Assembly: GCA_041615815.1 (NCBI GenBank)
Contig: JBFJCP010000002.1
Location: 128,001-192,000, forward strand
Source: Gemmatimonadales bacterium
Lineage (GTDB): Bacteria > Gemmatimonadota > Gemmatimonadetes > Gemmatimonadales > GWC2-71-9
DNA: 64,000 nt
Direction: 5' to 3'
Position numbers and translations under genes: made by a program. This document shows, in pieces, positions 42,035 to 52,500 of the stretch. The notes beneath the pieces were generated by a model that did no database searches, had not been told where the DNA came from, and was given only the letters and a program-made list of their open reading frames with translations. The number at the start of each line of letters is the position of its first letter. The first letter of the stretch is position 1.

Positions 42035-42145
42035 GCGAGCCGGCCTCCCTCGTGGCCTGGACGGGTGCACTCATGAAGTTATGTTCTTCGACTGCGACGA
42101 GCCACCAATACGGACTGATCCGCTCCCACAGGTACCTGGCCCTTT

Positions 42146-43321
42146 ATGAAGATGTTCCGTCCCCTGGCGATCATCGGATTGACCACCGCCTTGCTCCAAG
42201 GGTGTGGGCGGGAAACCGCCCCTCCGGGCCCGCCGGGGTCGCCCCTTCCGGGCCTCACCCAGCAGCAGCTGGCGGACTTCCATGCTGGGCAGACGCTGTT
42301 CGACCGGGTGTTCACACCCGAGGAGGGACTGGGACCGCTGTTCAACGAAAATCAGTGCGCTGCGTGCCACAGCGATCCAACCAGCGGGGGTGGGGGTGGC
42401 GAACGCGTGACCAAAGCCAGTCGTTTCGTGCCGCCCAGCTCCTGCGACCGACTCCTGCCATTGGGCGGGGAGAACGTGCGGTCCCAGGCGACCCCCGCCA
42501 TGAAAGCGCTCGGTATCGAGGAAGAGACCGTTCCCACGGAAGCCACCGAGCGAGGACGCTTCACACCTCCGTTCCTCTACGGTCTGGGCCTCGTGGAGGC
42601 CATTCCTGAAGAAACGATCATGGCGTTGGCGGACCCGGAGGACGCCGATGGGGACGGGATCTCGGGACGTCCCGGCCGGAGCCCGGCTGGTGGCCTCGGC
42701 CGATTTGGCCGCAAGGGCGAAGCGGAAACTCTCCTGGAGTTCATCGATTCGGCTCTGCGGCTCGAACTCGGGCTCACCACACCCATATCTCCCCTCGAGA
42801 GTGGTCTCAACGGTCAACCGCTGCCCGTGGGGACAGACCCCGCTCCGGATCCTGAGGTGAGCGAGCCGATGATCCGTCGACTCGTGGACTATGTGCGGTT
42901 TCTCGCGCCGGTGAGTCGGGTCGAGCGGGGGCCGGCACATCGTGATTCCGTTGCACGGGGAGAGCAACTGTTTTCCGGGTTGGGATGCGCCAAGTGCCAC
43001 GTGCCATCCATGGACACTGGGACGAGCGAGATAGGCGCATTAGAGCGGAAGAGAGTATTCCTCTATTCTGACCTCTTGCTGCACGATATGGGGCCTGAAC
43101 TGACGGATATCTGCGGCGTCGGAGCTTCCCCGTCGGAGGTTCGCACAGAGATGCTGATGGGCTTGCGGCACCGGAGCGCCTATTTGCACGACGGACGAGC
43201 CTTGGACATCACGGAGGCGGTGCTCCGTCATGGTGGCGAGGCACTGGCAGCCCGTGAGGCGTTTGCGGCTCTCGACCTCGTGAGCCGGCAAGATCTGCTG
43301 GTCTTTCTTCGATCTCTCTGA
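42146..43321 (+). CDS. di-heme oxidoreductase family lipoprotein (DUF1111-like)
   Basis: Lipobox LQGC; GLGPLFN..CAACH, GRFGRK, CAKCH, SDLLLHDMG, YLHDGRA. Confidence 0.92.
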   Translation: MKMFRPLAIIGLTTALLQGCGRETAPPGPPGSPLPGLTQQQLADFHAGQTLFDRVFTPEEGLGPLFNENQCAACHSDPTSGGGGGERVTKASRFVPPSSCDRLLPLGGENVRSQATPAMKALGIEEETVPTEATERGRFTPPFLYGLGLVEAIPEETIMALADPEDADGDGISGRPGRSPAGGLGRFGRKGEAETLLEFIDSALRLELGLTTPISPLESGLNGQPLPVGTDPAPDPEVSEPMIRRLVDYVRFLAPVSRVERGPAHRDSVARGEQLFSGLGCAKCHVPSMDTGTSEIGALERKRVFLYSDLLLHDMGPELTDICGVGASPSEVRTEMLMGLRHRSAYLHDGRALDITEAVLRHGGEALAAREAFAALDLVSRQDLLVFLRSL

Positions 43322-43336
43322 AAACTGCCGGAAAGC

Positions 43337-44200
43337 TCAGCGGCCGCGCCTGGTCCAGATGGCGATCACGCCGCACTGGGTCCCCAGGCTGGCGCCGCCG
43401 AATCGAACGGGGATTTGCGCCACACTCCGGTAGATCTCGATGGCCTCGATGTCATCCGGATCCACCAGGTCATCGATGTTGTATTCGGTCCGAGGCGGTG
43501 GGGCGAATTGGTCGATCTCGGTGGCGTCCGCGTTGGGAGCCGTACCGACGCCTCTCGGGCGCGCGTCGCCCCGGATGGCGATGATTCCGTCCACATAGAC
43601 ACGCGGTCGGCAGAGGCTGCCGTTGGACAGCTGGCTCCCCCGCAGCTGAACGTCCATGCGAGCAATGCCCTCGCCCGTGGGAATGAGTCGGACACCCGGG
43701 GCCAGGGAGAGCACATCGGAGACGCGGGCACCTCGGCGCTTCTCGATCACTTCACGAGTCATGAAATGCCCGAAGCTCGCTCGTTGCCGTTCGTAAAAGC
43801 CCACACGCCTGAGAAAGTTGCGCCGGGCCACAGCGGGTGCCGACACTTCCACGGGATCCATCGTGACGGGCGCCGGGCGAAGATGAAAAGCCGTTCTCCA
43901 GTCGTCTCCTTGACCGAGCTCCACTGGGCCATCGATCCAGGAACGGTACCCAAGCCGCCTGGCCTCGATGTAGTAGACACCGGCTTCGGGGGCGCGGAGC
44001 AGGTACTGGCCGCTGGCATCCGTTTGGACCGAAACGACCCGCTCGCCGTCTTCGTTGATGAGCGTGAGAATACCGGACTCGATGGCCTCATTGGTGACCA
44101 TATCGAGTAGGCGACCCTGGATCGACTGCGCCGCGATCCCAGGAGGAACCGTGGCAGCAATCGACCATCCGATCAGGACGGCTCTGAAGCGTTTCACCAC
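43337..44200 (-). CDS. carboxypeptidase-regulatory-like domain plus TonB-receptor plug domain, no beta-barrel
   Basis: Signal peptide, TDASGQY..RRLGY, GFYERQR, VYVDG, DIEAIEIY..CGVIAIWTRR then stop. Confidence 0.82.
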   Translation of the reverse strand: MVKRFRAVLIGWSIAATVPPGIAAQSIQGRLLDMVTNEAIESGILTLINEDGERVVSVQTDASGQYLLRAPEAGVYYIEARRLGYRSWIDGPVELGQGDDWRTAFHLRPAPVTMDPVEVSAPAVARRNFLRRVGFYERQRASFGHFMTREVIEKRRGARVSDVLSLAPGVRLIPTGEGIARMDVQLRGSQLSNGSLCRPRVYVDGIIAIRGDARPRGVGTAPNADATEIDQFAPPPRTEYNIDDLVDPDDIEAIEIYRSVAQIPVRFGGASLGTQCGVIAIWTRRGR

Positions 44201-44233
44201 TTGACCTATCGCTCGTCCTCTCAGGCATCCTAA

Positions 44234-44249
44234 CGCAAGAGGGGTGCCG
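44234..44249 (-). promoter_or_regulatory. putative sigma-54 -24/-12 promoter
   Basis: Minus strand CGGCACCCCTCTTGCG (GG-N10-GC), 33 nt upstream of GTG 44200 and downstream of the SusD terminator. Confidence 0.65.
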
Positions 44250-44338
44250 GCGAAAGCGCCATCCGCTCTCCTAAGACAAAACGGCTCGAGAGGATCCCAT
44301 GGTTCCCGGCGGAGCCAGGGCTTCACGCACGAAAGGCA

Positions 44339-44375
44339 CGAAAGGTGGAAACCCACTTGGGGTTTCCACCTTTCG
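44339..44375 (-). terminator. intrinsic terminator of the susCD-like operon
   Basis: Perfect 16-bp stem CGAAAGGTGGAAACCC-5 nt-GGGTTTCCACCTTTCG, 28 nt after the SusD stop. Confidence 0.8.
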
Positions 44376-44403
44376 ACCCTCATACGTAGGTACCTCCGTG
44401 CCG

Positions 44404-45795
44404 TTAGATCCCCGGTGGATCCAGGGGGTTCGCAGGTTTCTGCAGACCCGGATTCCCCTCGTACTCTTCGAGCGGGATTGGGAAGCAGGTCCACACGCCG
44501 TAGTCACCCCACTGCGTGTTGGGATGCGTGCCGGTGGGGAAGAAATTCCCCACACCGTCCCGTGCCCACCGCCTGAGGTCACCGATACGGAGACCGCCCA
44601 TGTAGAAATCGCGGGAACGTTGCCGTCTCAGCTCGGCAAACAGCGCGTCCCCAGAGAGGGTCACCGCACCCTCGTTGCCGAAGGCCCGGCGATCGTTCAC
44701 GAACTGGAGGATCTGGGCCTCGTCACCTCCGGAGCGCATCATCGCCTCGAACATGTGATGCTGCGCCTCGAGGTAATCGCCGAGCACGATATCCGTGCCT
44801 TCCTCATACAGGATGGGCGTGCCGCCGTTGGCGATCGTCTCACCGTTGTACCCGCTGAAACGCAGGCTCTGGAACGGCTTGTAGAGCAGCGTCAAGCGGT
44901 TGTGCCCCAGCGACCAGTCCTCCGTGTGCTGGATCCGCGGGTCCGTCTGGCCCGCGACGATCCCCAGATCTCCGAAGGTCCCGTTCAGGAACGCGGGATG
45001 GACACCGAGCGAATGATTCGATCCGGTGACCCGAGAGAACAGCACGAGCTCTTCGGAGGTTGAATTCGACGAGTACTCGACGTTGTACACGAACGTCGGG
45101 TCGACCACCGCCGATGCATGGGTGATGACGTCGCCGAAATTGCTCAGACTCAGATGAGCCCTGGCTAGCCCAACTCGCGCCAGGTTTTCGAGATCCGCGC
45201 GGCCAGCCGCGTTGGCGACGGTGAGGGCGCGGCCGAGGTGTGTGGTCGCCTGTTGGAAGAGGTCATTGGGCGACAAGATGGTGGTGCCCAGATTGTCTGC
45301 CGTCCCGATCACGGCCTGACACATGGCCTCACCCATCATGATCAGGCTGTAGCCGGCATATGCCTCGGTCAGAGCGATGTCTTTATTCGACCCTGGGTTG
45401 GCCACGAGGCCGCCCTCGAGCCGATCCCTCACGTCAACGGCCTGACGGTACGCTCGACTGATATTGGAGAACATCAGATCCGCGTCCCCCTCATCGTATC
45501 GCACGAGGCGCTGGTTGAGGCGTGCCGTGCCCTCCCAGTTGATACCGGTGACCTGTTCATCGGTGAGCATCGAGGCACGCCAGATGAACGGATCGTCGTA
45601 CATCTCTCGGAAATCTCCGATCACGCCCGCGACCATGACGCTGACCAGCGTCGGGTCGTTGAGGGCGTCGATGGGAATCTCCTCCGGATTATCGACGCTC
45701 AACAGCTCGTCGGCGAAGCCGCAGGCTCCCATCGGAAGGATCAACGCCAGCGCCAGTAGCGCGCTGGCCCACGTTGTGAATTTGCTCTTTTTCAT
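44404..45795 (-). CDS. RagB/SusD-like nutrient-binding lipoprotein
   Basis: Lipobox MGAC, LLSVDNP, R.RDFYMGGLRIGDLRR, CFPIPLEE..NP; directly after the SusC-like gene. Confidence 0.88.
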   Translation of the reverse strand: MKKSKFTTWASALLALALILPMGACGFADELLSVDNPEEIPIDALNDPTLVSVMVAGVIGDFREMYDDPFIWRASMLTDEQVTGINWEGTARLNQRLVRYDEGDADLMFSNISRAYRQAVDVRDRLEGGLVANPGSNKDIALTEAYAGYSLIMMGEAMCQAVIGTADNLGTTILSPNDLFQQATTHLGRALTVANAAGRADLENLARVGLARAHLSLSNFGDVITHASAVVDPTFVYNVEYSSNSTSEELVLFSRVTGSNHSLGVHPAFLNGTFGDLGIVAGQTDPRIQHTEDWSLGHNRLTLLYKPFQSLRFSGYNGETIANGGTPILYEEGTDIVLGDYLEAQHHMFEAMMRSGGDEAQILQFVNDRRAFGNEGAVTLSGDALFAELRRQRSRDFYMGGLRIGDLRRWARDGVGNFFPTGTHPNTQWGDYGVWTCFPIPLEEYEGNPGLQKPANPLDPPGI

Positions 45796-45809
45796 CACTC
45801 ACCCCTCCC

Positions 45810-48800
45810 TTAGTAGGTAACCCGGATGGACGCAGCGAGACGACGGGTCTGCGGCAACGACGCGTAATCCAACCGCGTGAAATCTGCCAGGCTCCAGAAG
45901 TTGACTTCTGGGTCCCCCGTGCCCTCGTAGCGGGTCCACATCCAGAGGTTACGGCCGGAAAGGGTCACGCTCCACTTGGTCGCTCGGAAGAAGTTGCCGA
46001 ACGACTCGGGAAGCGTGTAGGTCACCGCGATTTCCCGCAGCTTCAAGAAGTCCGCCGGGAAGATATGGGTCAGCGTCTGGCGGCTCTTCCACAGTGCAAC
46101 CTGCACCGGGTCTGCATCGGGATTGTTCACTTCCCACGTGTTCTGATCGATCCGGTTGCGGATGGAGCAGATGGCGCACCATTGGTAATGGCCGCCCTTG
46201 AAGTCGAAATGTGTGAACAGGCGGAGGTTTCCAAACAGAGTGAAGATGTTCGAGAAACCCATCTCGACCGTTGGAAGCGATGGCCCCATGTACTTCTCAT
46301 GGCAGGTACCACCAAAGCCATTCGGGTCATCGGTGTCCGGCCACGAGCACTCGAAGTCGACGGTGACGTCGCCACCGGCGTCGAGGACGGGGTTCCCCGC
46401 AGCATCTCGCACCACGTCGACGGCCCAGAAACCACCGAGGGGGTAGCCTTCACGGTGCCGCTGCACGGAAGCAAACGACCCAAAGGTCACTTCCTCGAGC
46501 ACCGGGGAACCGTCCGGCAGCGATCCAAAGTCGACGAGCCGGTTCTTGTTGGTCGAGATCGAGAAGTTCACGTCCCACACGAAGTTTCGGCCCAGGATCG
46601 GATTTCCGGTCATGAGCGCCTCAAACCCCGTGTTGGAGACCTCCCCAATGTTGATGAAATGTTGACCGCTGAACCCGCTGGAGGGCGGATCCGCAATCGC
46701 GATGAGCGCGTCTTTGGTGTTCTGGTTGTAGTAGGTCAACTCGATCCCGGCCCGCCCGTTCAACAACGCCGTGTCGAAGCCGAGCTCCCACTCGGATCCC
46801 GTCTCCGCCTTCAGATCCGGGTTGCCGAACTCGGACGGTGTCAGGGTGTTTACGCTGATATCAGCGATCGTCGTAACATCGGTCGTAAACGTTCGATCCG
46901 CCGTGAATGGTGCCGGGGCGTTCCCCGCCTGGCCCCACGCGAACCGGAGCTTGAGCTGGTCGATGACACCGACGTTGAAGAAATCCTCATCGGAGATGAC
47001 GTACGACACCGACGCCTTGGGATAGACCACCAGCGAGAAGTCCGAACCGAAGGCCGAGTTGTCGTCGATGCGGACCGCGCCGGTCACGAACAGCCGGTCG
47101 CGCCAACCCACCTCTTCCTGGAGGTAGAATCCGAGCGACGTCTGCTCCACGAACGCTTCGTCCCCGAACGTCTGGGCGGCCGACCCAGTGAGGTTGAGCT
47201 GATTCGCTACCAGTCCCTGGCCGTCGGTGCTGAATCGCCGGCGCTGGCGGGCGTTCAACTGCATGCCCGCTGAGAAGTTGGAGCTCAACGTGGACGTGAG
47301 CGGGAATCGTGCCGATCCAGCGTAATCCACGGTCCACGTATGAGTGACGGGGAGATCGTTCTGAATACGACCTGCAGCCGCCGTGGCCCCAAAGGGCTGC
47401 ATGCCCGTCGTATCGATCCGGTCGAACTCGGTGTCGCGACGATCGTACTTGTCGAGCCCGAGAGTGAGCCGGTGGTTGAACCACGAGAACGGCTGCCACG
47501 TGGTGGTGAGTCCGATCGTGGTCCGCTCTTCACGGCTTTGGTTGTCGTAAAGGTTAGCCTGGTCCGGACCCAATCCACGGAATCCGGCCTCCCAGGGATC
47601 GTTCGACGCGCGTGCGCGACCACGGAACGAGTTCCGCAAGATTCCGTTCGACGCGTTGTTGTTGAGTGGTATCTGCGTGTGCGTGCGCCCGTAGCCGAAG
47701 TTCACGGAGAAGTTGAGTCTCTCGTTGGGCGTGAACTCGAAGTTCGCGCGGCCACCGGTGCGACGATGGAAGTTGTTCAAGAACACCCCGTCCTCGTCGT
47801 AGCGATTGAACGACAGGAAGTAGTTGAACAGCTGACCACCTCCGCGCGCGGAGAGCGCGAAGTCATAGACATCGCCACTCCGAAGCGCCGACGGGTGCCG
47901 CCGAAGCGGATCGTCGGTCAGCAGGATCCGGCCATCGGACAGCCGTGTGATGTCGCTCTCAGGAATCCCGGTGACCACACCGTTGGGCCCCGTCCAGACC
48001 ACCGACGACGGATCGGCGCACCCTGGGAACCGGTTGGGATCTGCAATGTCATCCAGCTCACAGAGCCAGAAGTTCGAGGGGTTTCCGACATTGCCCTCGG
48101 TCCAGTCGGACTGGCCGTACTCGAAACTGGTGGTCCACTGCATCCGGTCGGTGCCGCGGGACCCTTTCTTGGTAAAGATCTGAATCACACCCGCGGCGGC
48201 ATCGGCACCGTACAGGGTGGCGGCGGCCGGTCCCTTGATGACCTCGATGCTCTCGATGTCTTCGGGGTTGATGAAGTCGAGTGGGCTCGTACCCTGGGCG
48301 CCACCCCACTCGGAGTCGACCGTCTGCTGGGTGTTGCTCTCGAACCGGATCCCGTCGATGTAGTACACGGGATTGTATCCGGCCTCGAGCGACCCGGCGC
48401 CGCGGATCCGGACGTTGGAGCTGGATCCGGCCGAGCCGGCGTTCTTGTAGAACGTGAGACCCGGTGAGCGGGCCTGCAGCAGCTCCTGCACGGTGGCCAC
48501 CGGCGCTACTTCAGTGATCACGTCCGCCTTGATACTCGTGATCGCGTTCCCCAGGGCCCTCTTCTCGGTGCCGCCGGGCGTCCCCGTGACCACGATCTCC
48601 TGCAACTGGATCGGGGCCCGGTTCATGGCAAAATCCGCCGTGGCCGTCTGCCCGACGCTTACCGTGACCTGCATCTCCATCCGGGCGAATCCCACGTAGA
48701 GCGCGCGCACCATATAGGTGCCGGGAGTGATCCCCCCCATCTCGTAGACACCCTGGTCGTTGGTCCGGGTCTCCCGGTTCTGTCCAACGAGCACGATGCG

Positions 48801-48953
48801 GGTGCCCCCAAGTGGTCGCGCCGTCGCCCGGTCGGTGACGGTGCCCCGGACGGTGCCGCCGACCTGCGCCAGCAATGGCCCGGCGGTGCCGAGCCAGATA
48901 GCGAGCACCGACGCGGCACCCAATATCCGGAATAGACGAATCTTTGGACGCAT
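45810..48953 (-). CDS. SusC/RagA family TonB-dependent outer membrane receptor
   Basis: AAGGAGG RBS; N-terminal carboxypeptidase-like domain, plug INPEDIESIEVIKGPAAATLYG, GNPDLKAE, C-terminal aromatic residue (RVTY). Confidence 0.95.
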   Translation of the reverse strand: MRPKIRLFRILGAASVLAIWLGTAGPLLAQVGGTVRGTVTDRATARPLGGTRIVLVGQNRETRTNDQGVYEMGGITPGTYMVRALYVGFARMEMQVTVSVGQTATADFAMNRAPIQLQEIVVTGTPGGTEKRALGNAITSIKADVITEVAPVATVQELLQARSPGLTFYKNAGSAGSSSNVRIRGAGSLEAGYNPVYYIDGIRFESNTQQTVDSEWGGAQGTSPLDFINPEDIESIEVIKGPAAATLYGADAAAGVIQIFTKKGSRGTDRMQWTTSFEYGQSDWTEGNVGNPSNFWLCELDDIADPNRFPGCADPSSVVWTGPNGVVTGIPESDITRLSDGRILLTDDPLRRHPSALRSGDVYDFALSARGGGQLFNYFLSFNRYDEDGVFLNNFHRRTGGRANFEFTPNERLNFSVNFGYGRTHTQIPLNNNASNGILRNSFRGRARASNDPWEAGFRGLGPDQANLYDNQSREERTTIGLTTTWQPFSWFNHRLTLGLDKYDRRDTEFDRIDTTGMQPFGATAAAGRIQNDLPVTHTWTVDYAGSARFPLTSTLSSNFSAGMQLNARQRRRFSTDGQGLVANQLNLTGSAAQTFGDEAFVEQTSLGFYLQEEVGWRDRLFVTGAVRIDDNSAFGSDFSLVVYPKASVSYVISDEDFFNVGVIDQLKLRFAWGQAGNAPAPFTADRTFTTDVTTIADISVNTLTPSEFGNPDLKAETGSEWELGFDTALLNGRAGIELTYYNQNTKDALIAIADPPSSGFSGQHFINIGEVSNTGFEALMTGNPILGRNFVWDVNFSISTNKNRLVDFGSLPDGSPVLEEVTFGSFASVQRHREGYPLGGFWAVDVVRDAAGNPVLDAGGDVTVDFECSWPDTDDPNGFGGTCHEKYMGPSLPTVEMGFSNIFTLFGNLRLFTHFDFKGGHYQWCAICSIRNRIDQNTWEVNNPDADPVQVALWKSRQTLTHIFPADFLKLREIAVTYTLPESFGNFFRATKWSVTLSGRNLWMWTRYEGTGDPEVNFWSLADFTRLDYASLPQTRRLAASIRVTY

Positions 48954-49533
48954 ACACACCTCCTTGTGAGTGCGAACCGTCGACCGTGCCGTTCGACGGC
49001 CCAACAACGCGGACGACAGACGATCATGCCGTCTGCCTACCGCTGACGACGTTAGCTGCGTCTAGCGCCGGCACGCACCGGCACTCCCGACACAATGACT
49101 ACCCAGAGTTTTCAGGGAAGCGCTCGACGTCCCAGCCCTGGAGTGATCTCTATCGGCGGAGAAACCTGCACAGCCCGACTTCATGGAGGGCCGAAGCCGG
49201 AAGGGCAGCCAGGCGACTGCTGCCTGGTCTTCGCGCGACCAGGGAAAACTCCTGTCGCTGCGACGCTCCAAAAGAGCTAACAAACAACGGTCGGGCGTCA
49301 CCCCCTTTGGATGGAGCCGGTGGATGAGCGGCGATTGTCGCGCGCTCCAATCCAAAACCACATTCCGAAAAGGGCCTCAGTAGTGACAAACGCGAGGCAC
49401 CCTTCCAGCTCGATCGCGCCCGAATGGGAAGTGTTTTTCTCATATAACACCGGCGCCCGGAGCCCGCAAGATCGGAGGAGGCTGTGGCCTCAGCCAGGGC
49501 GGTTTGCCAGAGACGCACACCATCTTCATCCTT

Positions 49534-49571
49534 TTCCGGAGCCATCTTCGCGTTCCGGAGCCATCTTCGCG
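49534..49571 (+). repeat. 19-bp tandem direct repeat (2 copies)
   Basis: TTCCGGAGCCATCTTCGCG at 49534-49552 and 49553-49571, abutting the RBS of the next gene. Confidence 0.9.
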
Positions 49572-49583
49572 GGAGTTGCCACG

Positions 49584-52500
49584 ATGTCGCGTTTCCTCGT
49601 TACTCTCTGGTCCCCCTGCCGTCGTGCATTGGCGCTGCTCGTATCCGTTCTGTTGACCTCGACCTCAGGAACCGCCCAGGAGCCGGACAGCGCTGGTGTC
49701 CGAGACGAGGACTGGGACGTCACACTCGCGCGTGGTGCAACCCGAAACATCGACTTCACCACAAGCGAGGGCACTTGGATGTCCGTTGACATCTCGCGGG
49801 ACGGCCAGTGGATCGTCTTCGATCTCTTGGGACACATCTATCGAGTGCCCGCGGCCGGCGGCGAAGCCCAGGTGCTCACGCAGGAAAGCGGCGTGGCGGT
49901 CAACTACCACCCGCGCTACTCGCCGGACGGAGCCCACATTGCGTTCATCTCGGACCGCAACGGCCAGACGAATCTCTGGATTATGAACGCCGATGGCTCG
50001 GAGCCCCGAGCCGTGTTCAGGGATGGCAACGTGCGGGCAGCGCTGCCGGCCTGGACACCGGACGGCCAATACCTCCTCGTGCGACGGGATTATGTGGGCT
50101 CTTCGGACGAGGACGCTGCACCTCCGGGCTCACGGGTTGAGCAGGGGCCCCAGGGCCGCGAGGGGATTTGGATGTACCATCGGGACGGCGGCCAGGGTGT
50201 CGCCCTCATCGGGACCGAAGTGTCCGCCGCCACGTGGCCGTCGGTCTCACCGGACGGGCGGCACGTCTACGTTCAGCGCCGCTCCGGCGGCCGCGACGCC
50301 CTCAGGGGGCATTACCAGATTCAGCGCTTCGATCTCCAGACCGGCGAGCGGATGGACGTGACTGCGGGTGACGCCGAAGGGCCGGCGGCCGGACGCGTCA
50401 CGAGTGGGGGTGGTTTCGCCCCGGAGGTCTCGCCGGACGGGCGGTGGCTCGCCTACGCCCGTCAGATTCCGGACGGGACGGTCTCGTTCAAAGGGCATCG
50501 GTTCGGTCCGCGCACCGCGCTCTGGCTCAGAAACCTCGAGACCGGCGCCGAGCGCCTGTTGATGGATCCGATTTCGCTGGCGATCGAGAGCGGATCCAAG
50601 AGCCTGCGCATTCTTCCTGGCTACGCATGGGCCAAGGACGGTCGATCTCTGGTGCTCTCCCAGGGAGGGAAGATCCGACGAGTGCACGTGGCGACGGGTC
50701 AGGTCACCACCATCCCCTTCACCGCTCGGGTGCAGCGAACGGCTTCGGAGATGGCCTACCAACCGTTTCGGATCACCGACGAGCCGTTCGACGCAACGTT
50801 CCTGCGGTGGCACACGGCGTCGCCCGATGGGTCGAGGCTCGCTTTCCAGGCGGTAGGACGCGTGTGGATCATGGACATCCCCGACGGATCACCCCGTCGG
50901 CTCACGGCCGACGATTCGGCGATTCAGGAGTTCGCACCGGCCTGGTCTCCGGACGGCCAATGGATCGCGTACACGACGTGGGACGATACGCTGGGCGGGC
51001 ATTTGTGGAAGATTCGGGCACGCGGCGGCACGCCGCAGCGCCTCACGCCCGAGCCTGGTGAGTTTCTGCATCCTGCCTGGAACGCAAACGCGAGCGAGAT
51101 CGTGATGGTGCGGGGCTCCGGTGCCACCGCACGCAAGCGCACGGTCACGCACAATCCCTGGTGGGATGTCGTGCGCGTACCTGCGGCCGGCGGGGCTCCC
51201 ACGGTCGTGACTCGAGTGGCGATCCCCGCGGGCATGGGCCCCAACTCCGTTGCGCGACGGGCGATCTTTCGCCCCTCATTCGGTCCGCAGGGACGCATCT
51301 TCTTCCCGGAGTTTCGTCGCGACGGTGGGCTCCAAACCGTGCTCGTCTCGGTGAGACCCGACGGCAGCGACCGGCGAGACCACCTGGAACTCCCCGCCAC
51401 TGACGACGCCGTGCCCTCACCGGACGGCCGTTGGGTCGCGTTTCAGGAAGGCGATAACGTCTTTCTGACACCATTGCCGTTCGCGGGGACGGGCTCCGAG
51501 CCCGTGAGCCTCGACAAGCGGCGTGGCAAGCTCCCGGTGACCCAAGTGAGTCGCGCCGGTGGACTCTTCCCCACCTGGCGCGATTCGAACACGATCGAGT
51601 TCGGGAGCGGCAACCAGCATCTCACGTATCGCCTGAGGGACAAGTCGGCGGATACGGTAACCGTTCGCCTGAGCGTGCCTCGACGGGTACCCCAAGGTCG
51701 GATCGCATTCACCGGCGCGCGGATCGTCACCCTCCAAGGCGACCAGGTGATCGAGTCGGGGACCGTGGTGGTCGAGGGCAGCCGGATTGCGTGCGTCGGC
51801 ACCTGCGAGGCGGCAGGTGCGGCGCGAACGATCGACGCCAGCGGTAAGACGATCATCCCGGGCTTCGTTGACATGCACTCGCATCATTTTCGCGAGCACC
51901 GCGGGTACCGTCCGCTTCGCGATTACGAGGTGGCCATGTATCTCGCCTACGGCGTCACCACCAACCTCGACAATTCCATGTGGGCCCAGAACGTCTTCCC
52001 CTCGGCCGAGCTGATCGAGGCCGGACGGATGATCGGACCACGTACGTTCAGCACGGGCGATCCACTCTACGGATTCGGTGACGGTGCACGGCAGAACGTG
52101 CTACGCGACTACGAAACCACCGAGCACGAGATCGATCGCCTCGCCAAATGGGGCGCGGTCTCGCTCAAGCAATACATGCAGCCGCGCCGCGATCAGCGAC
52201 AGTGGGTGTCCGATGTGGCGCGCAAGAGAGGTCTGATGGTGACGGCGGAGGGGGGCGATCTGTTTTACAACATCGGCATGGTGCTGGATGGGCAGACCGG
52301 GTGGGAGCATCCAATGAGCTACATCCCGCTGTATGGTGACGCGGCGACGTTTTTTGGTCGCGCGGGTATCGTCTACTCCCCGACGTTCGTGGTGGCCGGT
52401 CCCGGTCCCTACAACATCGAGCATTTCTTTGCGGAATCCGATGTGTGGAGAGATCCCAAGCACCGGCGCTGGATGCCGTGGCGCCAGATGACGGGGCACC

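Noticed and set aside
49020..49500. Riboswitch (cobalamin, TPP, c-di-GMP) upstream of the TonB receptor
   Set aside because: Hairpins exist but I could not find the conserved core motifs on either strand; an Infernal search is needed
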